DNA from: Lingula anatina
Taxonomy: Eukaryota > Animalia > Brachiopoda
Assembly: GCA_051362555.1 (NCBI GenBank)
Contig: CM120647.1
Span: forward strand, 9,982,001-10,046,000
Length of the DNA stretch: 64,000 bases
Direction: 5' to 3'
The notes below the pieces were generated by a model. It was not told where the DNA came from. It did no database searches and saw only the letters and a list, made by a program, of their open reading frames with translations. Shown here piece after piece: positions 13,777-25,856 of the stretch; the first letter of the stretch is position 1; each line of letters starts with the position of its first letter. Both the position numbers and the translations under genes were made by a program.

Positions 13777-14405
13777 CCCACCTGACTACCCTTCAAATGG
13801 AATGAACTCATCCCACCTGTCGCCCCTCAAATGGAATGGACTCGACCCACCTGTCACCCCTCAAATGGAATGGACTCGTCCCACCTGTCACCCCTCAAAT
13901 GCAATGGACTCGCCCCACCTGTCACCCCTCAAATGGAATGGACTCGTCCCACCTGTCACCCCTCAAATGGAATGGACTCGTCCCACCTGTCACCCCTCAA
14001 ATGGAATGGACTCGCCCCACCTGTCACCCCTCAAATGGAATGGACTCGCCCCACCTGTCACCCCTCAAATGGAATGGACTCGCCCCACCTGTCACCCCTC
14101 AAATGCAATGGACTCGTCCCACCTGTCACCCCTCAAATGGAATGGACTCGCCCCACCTGTCACCCCTCGAATTGAATGGACTCGTCCCACCTGTCACCCC
14201 TCAAATGGAATGGACTCGCCCCACCTGTCACCCCTCGAATTGAATGGACTCGTCCCACCTGTCACCCCTCAAATGAAATGGACTCGCCCCACCTGTCACC
14301 CCTCAAATGGAATGAACTCGCCCCACCTATCACCCCTCAAATAGAATGGACTCATCCCACCTGTCACCCCTCAAATGGAATAGACTAGCCCCACCTGTCT
14401 ACCCT
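13777..14405. repeat. 34-bp GC-rich minisatellite, ~18 copies (cccacctgtcacccctcaaatggaatggactcgy)
   Basis: Head-to-tail near-identical units with no spacers; units degenerate at both ends. Confidence 0.97.
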
Positions 14406-16042
14406 TAAAATAGAACTCGCATCACCTCAGAGTCAATTCAATCGCCCAACCACTCACATCAATGCAGTCTCACAAACCAAACTCGTATCTAACTATAAAA
14501 CCGTCTTGCTAGAGTTTAGAATTTATTTATTTAAGACATCTTTTACAACAGAAAGTCGAGGTGAAGAAATATAATAAAGATAATATAGATAAATATATAT
14601 ATAGACTCTTTTCAAATATTATAATAAAGTATGTAATATTGACATTTGGGAATCGTGTTTTTGGTTTGCATTGGAACTTGCTCCTAATATTTTCCCTTTT
14701 TGTACTGGGATTTCAATACCAACATTCACTATTTATTATTTAAAAACAAGACCTGGAGCCCAGTTACCTTAAAATTCGGTTAAAGGAATATATGCCAAAA
14801 AATACCATTTCTATTGTATATCGTGTATACATATGGTGCGGTATTTATGATAGACCAAAAGACGACATTTTTTTTTTTGTAATTAAGCAAACATGTTATA
14901 TCTTAAAATTGACAGATCCAGAATTTAAAATTTTGTGACATACTACACCGCATATTTCTAACATTGATCTCTACAAAAATATTTGAGTCAATTTCAACAA
15001 ATGTCATAATTACAATTTCAAAGTTTTTCTTTTTGCTTTAATTTTAAGTTGTAAAATATATTTCAGACAGAAAATTCCAACTAAAATACTTTGACTTAGA
15101 ACTGTGTCTTTCATAACGAATAAAATAGCAGTTACGAAGTAACCGTTATTCAAAAGGATCAGACATTAAAAATAACACTTACAAATGATGAAAATAAAAA
15201 TTACTCCCACAATATAAAGTAAATCATTGTTAACAACTTATATTATTTTATTAACCGAACTTTAACCCTGCAACATTGTGAAAATTGCACTTTTACCTTA
15301 AAGTTTTAAAGTTGTATTACACAAATACTTTGAAAATTCATAGTGGCATTTAAACTGTTATTACACCATAGCACAAAAAGTAAAATTGGAGAGAGGCTGA
15401 ATGAATTTTAAATAGTATCAGATGCATCCAGTTTGTCCCAATTAAAGTATATTTTTTTAAATGTTTAATTGCTGAGTTATTTGAAAGGGAACATAATCAA
15501 CCGCAATTTTTAAGATATTAAAATATGTTTAAATCTGATATGTACGTGACGTAGTCCAAAAATGTTTTCCAAAGTCACAATAAAAGCTCTCCCATTTTCG
15601 CCATATTGCATGTGCGCTGCGTGTTCGCTTGGGCGCCTCAGTGTGCCTGTGTTAAGTTCCAAAATACGACTAGAAGGCTTTGGAAGGTTCTATCAGTCAG
15701 ACACAAGTGCATTTTGGAGAATCACCGCAGAGTTGGTAGTTCTGAAATATCAAAATAACGTCTTAATTACAATGATACCCCAATGCAATTCAATTTGAAC
15801 TAAGATGAGATACTGAAAGAACATATTTTAATTAATTAAAATTATAAACGACAAAGATTCTATTCAGCCCTAAAATACTTTGACTTGTGTCTTTTAGATC
15901 TAACAAGGCAGCAAAGCTGTCAAATGTACTGACAAAAAAAAACAGAAAATAAAGATGCAGAAATAGGTCATTTTGTCAATTTTGATGCAACAATAAATAA
16001 TGCACTCAATCAACACCAAATTTTATCATGAACAACAGATAA

Positions 16043-16207
16043 CATGTGGCCGATCTAGAGATTTTCTGACAGTATTCCAAATTATCTTTGTGGATCCATC
16101 CTTCATTTTTGATGATTTTCCAACAGAAAAAAAGATAGCCTTCAATGTAAACGATATAATCTGACCGTCTTCCAGAAGGCCCAGAAGACGGTCTCAATCC
16201 ACCCCTG
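16043..16207. mobile_element. MITE family B (gaccgtcttc...gaagacggtc core; ...gatccgcccctg-type end)
   Basis: Copies at ~19096-19269, 50014-50182 (reverse) and ~46865-47010 (reverse); absent from the homologous site of the left arm (~12740-12760). Confidence 0.8.
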
Positions 16208-17624
16208 GAAAAAGATTACTTTCAGGACCACGAGAGTTCAAATTTATATAATGAAAATCACAATATTTGAAAAATGATGACAGTGCATAAAATAATATTA
16301 CATAATGTTTAAAGACATAAAAACCAACACAAGTGCTCATGTGGAAATACAGAAATATGCACAGAGCTTCTGGTGGATGGGAGTTAAAAGTGACATCTTG
16401 AAGATGCTAGTGTTTGAAAAATAATTTTTTAAAAATGTAAAATAAAACTTAACAAAAAAATCCAATAAAGCTGCTATTCAAACTTTTAATCTAGCTGTAT
16501 AACTCTAACCCTATTGAGTTTGAGAATAATAAGGCACTGTAATTCATCTTTAACATTAATGTTAGCGTTACACAAAATGTTTCTATTGTAAACTTATTTG
16601 CAATATTAAACAACATTTACCTGCATAATTATCACCTATTCCTAATTATGTTACAGTTAAGAGGGCTAAATCTATGGGATTTTACAATGAAATCTCAACA
16701 TGTGTTTTATGTAATCTCATTTAATGGACACTTGAAAATTAATTAAGCAATTACTTTATAATCCTGAATTTAGCTAGTGATTACCCAAGGGACAATTACA
16801 TACCGACCGCCATCTATATACAGTGGCACCATATAGCACTGCATTGCTTCCAAAACAGAAAACAATCACACTGATTTTCCAACACTGCATTACAGTCCTA
16901 TGAAACTTTTCAGTAAGTTTGAGTATCATAAGTTACATGGTTTTCCCTTAATGGTCATCCTGGCAGCAGTGTCCAAAATAGGGTTTTCTACAACTTTCAT
17001 GCAATACAACATAATGCTTAACAGCATAATGACCATCAATTTTTTTATAATAGAATAAAAGTATCATGGATATTCAGAAAATGTGACATGGGAAGGTCTT
17101 CAAGGCCATGGAAGTTCAGAGTCACACCTTCAAAATGCCCAAATGTAAACAAGAGATAACTGTACTGAAATGATTACATATAAGAAAATGATCAATTTAC
17201 TGTCATTTGTAAATGATCAACTAGGAACATTGTTGACATAGGAAAAATATCAATAGAACAATTTTAAATGTCCAATTTGCTTAATTCTGTGATTCTGAAT
17301 GTGAATTCTGAATAGTGAATGATTGAATCTGACCAACTGTACAGATATACACAATATACAATGACAGATTTACCATCATTTTTATATAATCACCTAACAA
17401 AATTGTTAAGATGCAGAAAATGGAAAAACAAAAACACCTTTCCCTATCTTATAAGTTCAAAAATGAGGCTGTTAACATGCCTAAAAATTAAATCTGAGGA
17501 AAAACAATCATTTACAAAGAAAGGCATAACTTTACCAATACATAACCAATCTACCTTATTTTTGAATTTAATTTGTATTTCTGTAAGACTGATCTCTCCT
17601 GTGAATTTTATGTCAATTGGCCAA

Positions 17625-18550
17625 TCGATTTTTCTTGAAATGTGTTATCGGTGTTGCAAATATGCTAAAAAAAAATGAAAAAAAAAAAACAGCATAACTT
17701 TTATAAAAATAGCCCGATGATGCTAATTTCCAAACTTGTCCTGCGTATTATGAATATTTATCAGTTCTGCAAGTTTCATCCAAAAGGTAAAACGGTTTTT
17801 AACTTATCGTGTTATCGGTGTTACATATATCCAGAAAAAAGTAAAAAAAAATAATAAAAAAGAGTAACTTCCACAAAAATGGCCCAATCATGCTCATTTT
17901 CGAAGTTGTCTTGCGTATTATGAATATTCATCAGTTCTGTGAGTTTCAAGCCAAAAACCAAAATAGTTTTTCACTTATTGTAATATCGATGTTGCAAATA
18001 TGCTGAAAAAAGTGAAAAAAACAGCATAACTTCCACAAAAATGGCCCGATCATGCTGATTTTCAAACTTGATTTGCATATTATGAATATCTATCAGTTTT
18101 GTAAGTTTCAAGCCAAAACGTAAAACGGTTTTCCACTTATCGTGTTATCAGTGCTGCATATATGCTTAAAAAAGTGAAAAAACAGCATAACTTCCATAAA
18201 AATGGCCCGATCATGTTGATTTTTCAAACTTGACCTGTGTATTATAAATATTCATCAGTTCTGTACGTTTCAAGCCAAAAACCAAACCAGTTTTCCACTT
18301 ATCGTGTTATCGTGCTGCATATATGCTTAAAAAAGTGAAAAAACAGCATAACTTCAACAAAAATGTCCCGATTATGCCGATTTTAACACTTGACCTGCGT
18401 ATTATAAATATTCATCAGTGCTGTAAGTTTCAAGCCAAAAAGTAAAACATTTATCCACTTATCGTGTTATCGGTGAAAGTGCAAGGCGACGACAAGGACA
18501 GACGCAGGTGACAGCTACATGTACAGACACATCTGTGTCCGTACATAATA
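17625..18550 (+). mobile_element. Helitron/Helentron-like element end: ~161-bp tandem units (~5 copies) plus terminal palindrome
   Basis: Unit aaacagcataacttccacaaaaatggcccgatcatgc...ccacttatcgtgttatcggtg at ~17689, 17861, 18020, 18182, 18343; followed by gacgac repeats and the hairpin tgtacagacacatctgtgtccgtaca. Family assignment is inferred from structure only. Confidence 0.6.
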
Positions 18551-20699
18551 AAAATAGCAGTTATAAATTACTCGTCATGCAAAAAGATCATACATTAATA
18601 ATTACATTTACAAAAATGTTTTAAAAGTTACAATAAAAGCTCTCCCTTTTCGCCATATTGCATGTGCGCTGCGTGTTCGCTTGGGCGCCTCAGTGTGCCT
18701 GTGTTAGGTTCCATAATACGACTAGGAGGCTTTGGAAGGTTCTATCAGTCAGACAACAGTGCATTTTGGAGAATCACCGCAGAGTTGATAGTTCTGAAAT
18801 ATCAAAATAACGGGTTAATTACTGTTTTAAAATGATACCACGATGCAGCACAATTTGAACTAAGATGAGATACTGAAAGAACATATTAATTAAAAACGAC
18901 AAAGAGATTCTATTCAGCTCTAAAATACTTTGACTTGTGTCTTTTAGATCTAACAAGGCAGCAAAGCTGTCAAATTTACAGACAAAAAAAAACAAAATAA
19001 ATAAATATGCAGAAAATAGGTCATTTTGTTAATTTTGATGCAACAATAAATAATGCAGTCAATCAACACAAAATTTTATCATGAACAACAGATAACATGG
19101 AGCCGATCTAGAGATTTTCTGTCAGTATTCCAAATTATCTTTGTGGATCCATCCTCCATTTTTGATGATCTTCCAACAGAAAAAAATGTAAATGTAAACG
19201 TTAGAATCTGACCGTCTTCCAGAAGGCCCAGAAGGCCCAGAAGACGGTCTCGATCCCCATAAAGACCTGCAAAAAGATTACTTTCAGGACCACGAGAGTT
19301 CAAATTCATATAATGAAAATAACAATATTTGAAAAATGATGACAGTGCATAAAATAATATTACATAATGTTTAAAGACATAAAAACCAACACAACTGTTC
19401 ATGTGGAAATACAGAAATATGCACAGAGCTTCTGGTGGATGGGAGTTAAAAGTGACATCTTGAAGATAATAGTGTTTGAAAAAATAATTTCTTTAAAATG
19501 TAAAAATAAAACTTAACAAAAAATCCAATAAAGCTGCTATTCAAACTTTTAATCTAGCTGTATAACTCTAACCCTATTGAGTTAGAGAATAATAAGGCAC
19601 CGTTATTCATCTTTAACATTAATGTTAACGTTACACAAAATTTTTCTATTGTAAACTTATTTGCAATATTAAACAACATTTACCTGCATAATTATCACCT
19701 GTTCCTAATTATGTGACACAGTTAAGAGGGCTTAACCTATGGGACTTTACAATGAAATCTCAACATGTGTTTTATGTAATATCATTTAATGGACACTTGA
19801 AAATTAATTAAGCAATTACTTTATAACCCTGAATTTAGATAGTGATTAACCAAGGGACAATAACATACTGACCGCCATCTATATACAGTGACACCATATA
19901 GCACTCTATAGAACTGCATTGCTTCCAAAACAGAAGACAATCACACTGGTTTTCCAACACAAGCTGCACTTCAGTCTCATGAAACTTTTCAGTAAGTTTT
20001 AGTAGCATAAGTAATATGGTTTTCTCTTAATCGCTATCCTGGCAGGAGTGTCCAAAATAGGGTTTTCATGTAATATAACATAATACTTAACAGCATAATG
20101 ACCATCAATTTTTTTTAAAAAATAAAAGTATCATGGATATTCAGAAAATGTGATATGGGAAGGTCTTCAAGGCCATGGAAAGTCAGAGTCACACCTTCAA
20201 AATGCCAAAATGTAAACAAGAGATAACTGTACTGAAATGATTTTCTGTCCATTTTCAACACCTTATTTTACATAAAACAAAATGATCAATTTACTTTCAT
20301 TTGTAAATGATCAACTAGGAAAATTGCTGACATAGGAAAAAAAATATAGAACACTTTTAAATGTCCAATTTGCTTTATTCTGTGATTCTGAACGTAGTGA
20401 ATGACTGAATCTGACAAACTGTACAGATATACACAATAACAGATTTACCATCATTTTTATATAATCACCAAACAAAATTGTTAAGAAGCAGAAAATGTTA
20501 AAACAAAAACACCTTTCCCTATCTTATTAGTTCAAAAATGAGGCTGTTAACATGCCTAAGAATTAAAACTGAGGAAAAACACTTATTCACAAGAAAGGCA
20601 TAACTTTACCAATACATAACCAATCTACCTTATTTTTGAATTTAATCTGTATTTCTGTAAGACTGATCTCTCCTGTGAATTTTATGTCAATTGGCCAAT

Positions 20700-21295
20700 C
20701 GATTTTTCTTGAAATGTGTTATCGGTGGTGCAAATATGCTGAAAAATATGAAAAAAAATAGCATAACTTTTATAAAAATATCCCAATGATGCTGATTTTC
20801 GAACTTATCCTGCGTATTATGAATATTTATCAGTTCTGCAAGTTTCAAGCCAAAAGGTAAAACGGTTTTAACTTATCGTGTTATCGGTGTTACATATATC
20901 CAGAAAAAAAAATTAATAAAAAACAGCACAACTTTCAAAAAAATGGCCCGATCATGCCGATTTTCAAACTTGATTTGCGTATTATGAATATTTATCAATT
21001 CTGTAAGTTTCAAGCCAAAACGTAAAACGGTTTTCCACTTATCGTGTTATCGGTGCTGCATTTATGCTTAAAAAAGTGAAAAAACAGCATAACTTCCACA
21101 AAAATGTCCCGATCATGCCGATTTGAAAACTTGACCTGCGTATTATAAATATTCATCAGTGCTGTAAGTTTCAAGGAAAAAAAGTAAAACAATTATCCAC
21201 TTATCGTGTTATCGGTAAAAGTGCACGGCGACGACGACGACAACGACAGACGCAGGTGACAGCTATATGTACAGACACATCTGTATCCGTACATA
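20700..21295 (+). mobile_element. Second copy of the ~161-bp tandem/palindrome element (~3 units)
   Basis: Same unit at ~20760, 20922 and 21085, followed by the same terminal hairpin. Confidence 0.6.
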
Positions 21296-22034
21296 ATAAA
21301 AATAGCAGTTATAAATTACTCGTCATTCAAAAAGATCATACATTAATAATTATTTTTATATTTTTGTTGAAAATAAAAATGACTCCCACAATATAAAGTA
21401 AATCATTGTTAACAAAATATATTAATTAATTACCCGAACTTTAACCTGCAACATTGTGGAAATTGCACTTTTACCTTAAAGTTTTTAAGTTGTGATACAC
21501 CAATACTTTGAAAATTCACAGTGAAATTTAAACTCTTATTATACCATTTCACAAAAAGTAAAATTGGAGAGAGGCTGAATAAATTCCAAATAATGTCAGA
21601 TTCATCCAGTTTGTCCCAATTAAAGTATAAGTTTAAAAAATGTTTAATTGCTGAGTAATTTGAAAAGTGAACATAATCAACCGCAATTTTTTAGATATTA
21701 AAATATGTTTAAATCTGATATGTACGTGACGTAGTCCTAAAATGTTTTCAAAAGTTACCATGAAAACTCTCCCATTTTCGCCATATTGCATGTGCGCTGC
21801 GTGTTCGCTCGGGCGCCTCAGTGTGCCTGTGTTAGGTTCCATAATACGACTAGAAGGCTTTGGAAGGTTCTATCAGTCAGACAACAGTGCATTTTGGAGA
21901 ATCACCGCAGAGTTGGTAGTTCTGAAATATCAAAATAACGTTTTAATTACGATTTTAAAATGATACCACGATGCAGCACAATTTGAACTAAGTTGAGATA
22001 CTTAAAGAACATATTAATTTAAAAAGACAAAAGA

Positions 22035-22260
22035 TTCTATTCAACCCATTCCATAAACTTCACAATTAAACTTTTGAAAAAATTATTGACGAACACACAC
22101 AAGCAATATTGAACTGAAATTACAACATTGGAGATGTACTGGTATGTAAATTATGCTATTCAACCCATTCCATAAACTATACAATTACATTTTTGACAAA
22201 AATTATTGACAAACACAAAATATTAAACTGAAATCACAATATGAGGGTTGTATGTAAATT
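22035..22260. repeat. ~120-bp tandem duplication (ctattcaacccattccataaact...)
   Basis: Two copies starting at ~22037 and ~22156. Confidence 0.8.
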
Positions 22261-23420
22261 GTCCTATGACACTAGGACATTTGCCGTACATTTGCCTCGG
22301 TTTTCGGCCTTACATGCAATACCGGTAGGTAGGAGACTTTACAGCACATAAATGGGAATCATACACTACAAGGTGCGACGGAGGACACACACGTTTTGAC
22401 AGGGTGTGGATATTTGTAACAATATTTGTATCTGAAGAACCAAGCGACTTGAGGCTTTACCTGCAGTATGGGTACCTACATTGTAACATATAAGGGTGAA
22501 AACTTCTGCAAGCCGTATACTTGTAATGTTTGTATATAATTGACAGCCACGGGTGCATAAGGAGCGGGGTGTGTTTTGTAGAGTGACTGAGTTGATTGAC
22601 ATGCTCTTATGATACTTATACGACTGCGTGCAATGTAAACGGGGAGAAGCCCGCTAGAGGTAGAAACAGAAATGAAGAAGGTGGCGCGGGTAATAATTGA
22701 AAAGTACTGTAGTTAATAAATAATATGAAAGATTATAACAGGGTTATAGTAACAGTAACAGATAAAGTCAATACCATCGTAACACATGGTGAAGGATGCA
22801 AAATGAGAAAAACAGACGTTTGACATCACGAGTCTTGTCGGAAAGAGGGAGAAAGATCATCGGACGAAAATACGCAAACGAGCACAAAATATCCGGAAAG
22901 GAGATTGGGATTGGACAAACAGGGAATGGAATAATGATACAATGTCAGTTCAGCGGTCATGTGGCTTTTTTTTGTCCTAAAATGACTGATTAGAATCTGT
23001 GTTGTAAAGCAAGTGACATACACTTTTGATAATTACAAAACAATTAAAACAGAATCAAATGTGTAGGAAGTTATTGAGTGCAATTTGAATTTCTTTAAGT
23101 GTCAACAAGTGTAGAGACTGTTCTCGAAGTAAGAAAAGGATGGAACATTTCAAAGCCACATATAGTTGGATCTGATTGGTTAATTGTTCTATAGATTTGC
23201 ACTTTCAAACACGTGTAAAACTCATGCATACTCGAGATGGACAAGGTCCAAGCATGAGTAATCCTGAAAATATTTTCAATATTTTAAATTAAAAACAAGT
23301 CTCTTTGAAATTACTTAATTAGGAAATATTGAATAGCGTTTTGTAATACGAGAATGCAAAAAATCTTTTGGAAAATAGAGTATAAATACTTGTAGATTCT
23401 GTGAAAAAGTGAGTCGGTGA

Positions 23421-24100
23421 ATAAACGCTCGAAAGCTCCAAACTGTTGTCTCATTCCTCACTATAACATATGTATATCGTTCACGTAAGTAATTGTTTCA
23501 AAATAACTATGTAAATTGGTTGTTGACTTGTCAATCGTATCACCTGTACATAAAACAGTATCTTAAATTTGTTTAGTGAATATATCTTTTATTTCTAGAT
23601 ATTTTGTAATATCTGATACTTAATACAAATGTAAACATTATTGATCTTTTTATACGTCATAAGTTCGTAAAGTAAAATCACTTTTGTTTTCGTTTTATGC
23701 ATCTATTGACTTACGAATCTTACAGGTTGCGGAATGTTTGAAGAGATGCCAACAACTGATATTGCTCATTTCACTGCTAAAGATTCGCGACAAGGCGGAA
23801 ATGTGAGCAATGGAACCCATTTTGTTGTTGACTTGAACACAACTACTGCACTAATCAATATTGATAAAATAGCTTCTTCCTCCAGGTTAGCCAAGCAGTG
23901 AGTAAATATTTTGTCGTTTGTCTACTCTTTCTATTCTAATATCCATCATAACGAGTTTTTTCTCTTTTAATTCTTTTTCAGGATACGGCACTTAAATGGC
24001 ATTCACTTTAATTTCATGCAATATTATTGCACTTTGTTTCGGTTTAGGGCTCCTGAACTTACTGTCTAAATCATTTCAGATGATGCACCATAATTCTATT
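23421..24100 (+). pseudogene. Possible decayed small spliced gene (three phase-compatible exons)
   Basis: tataaata at 23381. Exon 23421-23484 ends c|gtaagt; exon 23726-23897 runs tacag|...ca|gtgagt with an open frame of ~57 codons; exon 23982-24100 runs ttttcag|...|gtaaga. Exon 1 begins ATA rather than ATG. No family recognised. Confidence 0.3.
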
Positions 24101-24994
24101 GTAAGAATACCGGTTTTATTTCCCCCAGTACCCCCTTGCAATGTCAAGACTCCCCACGGGGATAGATCGATCTAAAATCTATGGGAATGCGCCCTAAGAT
24201 TATGATTAATCTACCTAATTTGAGGTCCCTTCAATGAAGTTGCGTTTTTCGAGTTGCAAAGAATAAATTGTATCTCAGTTGTATCTCAATTATCACTGGC
24301 ATTTCAACGATCTCCTTAAAATGATCTTGTCAGGTGATAATGCGGTTAAATTGGCAATCAAAAGATCGAGTGGTGCAAATGCTATAATGGTAAAAAGGTT
24401 TTAGTGGGTATTATTTGATACGTCTTGAGGGATAATATGGTTAAATGTGACGGTCACAGTTACGGATATAACTAGATATATTGTTGAGGTGGAAAACGCA
24501 TGCACATGACGGCATATAAATACTATAATCTGGGACGCCAGATTGAGTTATTATTATTTTTATGATTAGTATAAGTACTGTTATTGGAACTATTATCATA
24601 TTATCAGCATGGTTATATACACGTATTATTGTTATCATGGATAACTGTTAAAGTATACATAGTTAATTGTTTTCTTGACATGCATATCTGCGTCATTCGC
24701 ATTGGATATATTCGGACATGCACATTCATGGATATAAAGGAAACTGTGAATTTTTATCTTTACATGCGACAACGTACGCGAATAAGACGTTTATAAATTC
24801 TACAATGAATGGCAGATGGCAATCGTTATTCACTGTCTAGAAGGACTAATTTGGCATTATATGGAACTGAACTCTCTCGCTACAGTATAATTCAAAATGG
24901 AGGATGCAATGAACTATACCAAATGGAAACTATTCATTTGTGTGAAAATTAAGACTTGCGCACTGAATATTAAATACGTGAAGTATAATACATA

Positions 24995-25575
24995 TGTCAA
25001 AGGCCCGGATCAAATCTAGTCCTATGCATAAAAAGCCCAGACCCCATGTTTATTACGCCCTGACTGGGCCCATTCTTTAGGTCGTCTTGGCATTGATAAC
25101 AGGGTAACGGGCAAGTTAAATGACCAAGTTAATTGGCCAAGCTGCCGGTTTGTTTGTATGGCATGTGCAGGGGATGTCTTAGATCAAGGCACATATTATT
25201 ATAGTTACAGGTGTGGCAAATGAGATATACTTGTATTTCATTACCTGTGATTTGTAAAATACATCAGAGGATGATACTTTTAAAGATGTTTAATATTTAA
25301 AGAAAAGACATGTGATTTAGTAACATTTACTAAAGAAAAGTTCAATTAAAGGTGGGCTTCATTTGTGCCTTGATCTAAGACAACCCCTGCACATGCCATA
25401 CAAACAAACTGGCAGCTTGGCTAATTAACTTGGTCAATTAACTTGGTCATTTAACTTGCCTATTATGCTGTTAACAATGCAAAGACGCCATAAAGAATGG
25501 GCCCAGCCAGAGCGTAATAAACATGGGGTCTGGGCTTTTTATGCATGGGACTAGATTTGGTCCAGGCCTTTGACA
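24995..25575. mobile_element. Foldback MITE with ~200-bp terminal inverted repeats
   Basis: 24995-25193 is the reverse complement of 25364-25575 (tgtcaaaggcc.gga.caaatctagtcc...agatcaaggcaca); flanks are TA-rich. Confidence 0.92.
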
Positions 25576-25604
25576 CATATATCTATATTCAGCTAATCAA
25601 TCTT

Positions 25605-25856
25605 ATAACTAGAAAAGCACTCCGAGAGCGAACACCTCCTCCAGGGCAGCAATTTTTAATTATTATTGATTGATTATTGATCCAGATCACCACCAAAAAC
25701 TAATCACTTCTAAGTTAACCCATTTTCCACCTACCCTGAAAATTTCATCAGAATCGGTCCATAACTTTTTTAGTTATGTTGATGACAAACAAACAGACGG
25801 ACAGACAGACAGACAGACAAACAGGGGTGAAAACATAACCTTTTTGGCGGATGTAA
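25605..25856 (+). mobile_element. DINE-1/HINE-like non-autonomous Helentron
   Basis: aactagaaaagcact start; (gaca)n/cagacggacagac microsatellite; subterminal inverted repeat acctcctcca / tggcggatgt; sits next to an A/T run. Confidence 0.6.

Larger units (their letters stand above)
15190..22045 (+). repeat. Tandem segmental duplication X-Y-Z / Y-Z / X-Y
   Basis: X (~15190-15560) recurs at ~21370-21740. Y (~15560-15870, gccatattgcatgtgcgctgcgtgttcgc) recurs at ~18615 and ~21740. Z (~15870-18600) recurs at ~18915-21350. Confidence 0.92.

Noticed and set aside
13777-14405. 34-bp repeats as a CRISPR array, or the repetitive ORFs 13802-14388 as a protein
   Set aside because: Units are contiguous with no unique spacers, there are no cas genes, and the context is eukaryotic. 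ORFs appear in all three frames simply because the unit lacks stop codons.
22366-23023. Short ORFs in slightly GC-richer DNA after the tandem array
   Set aside because: No recognisable motif, consistent splice structure or long frame.
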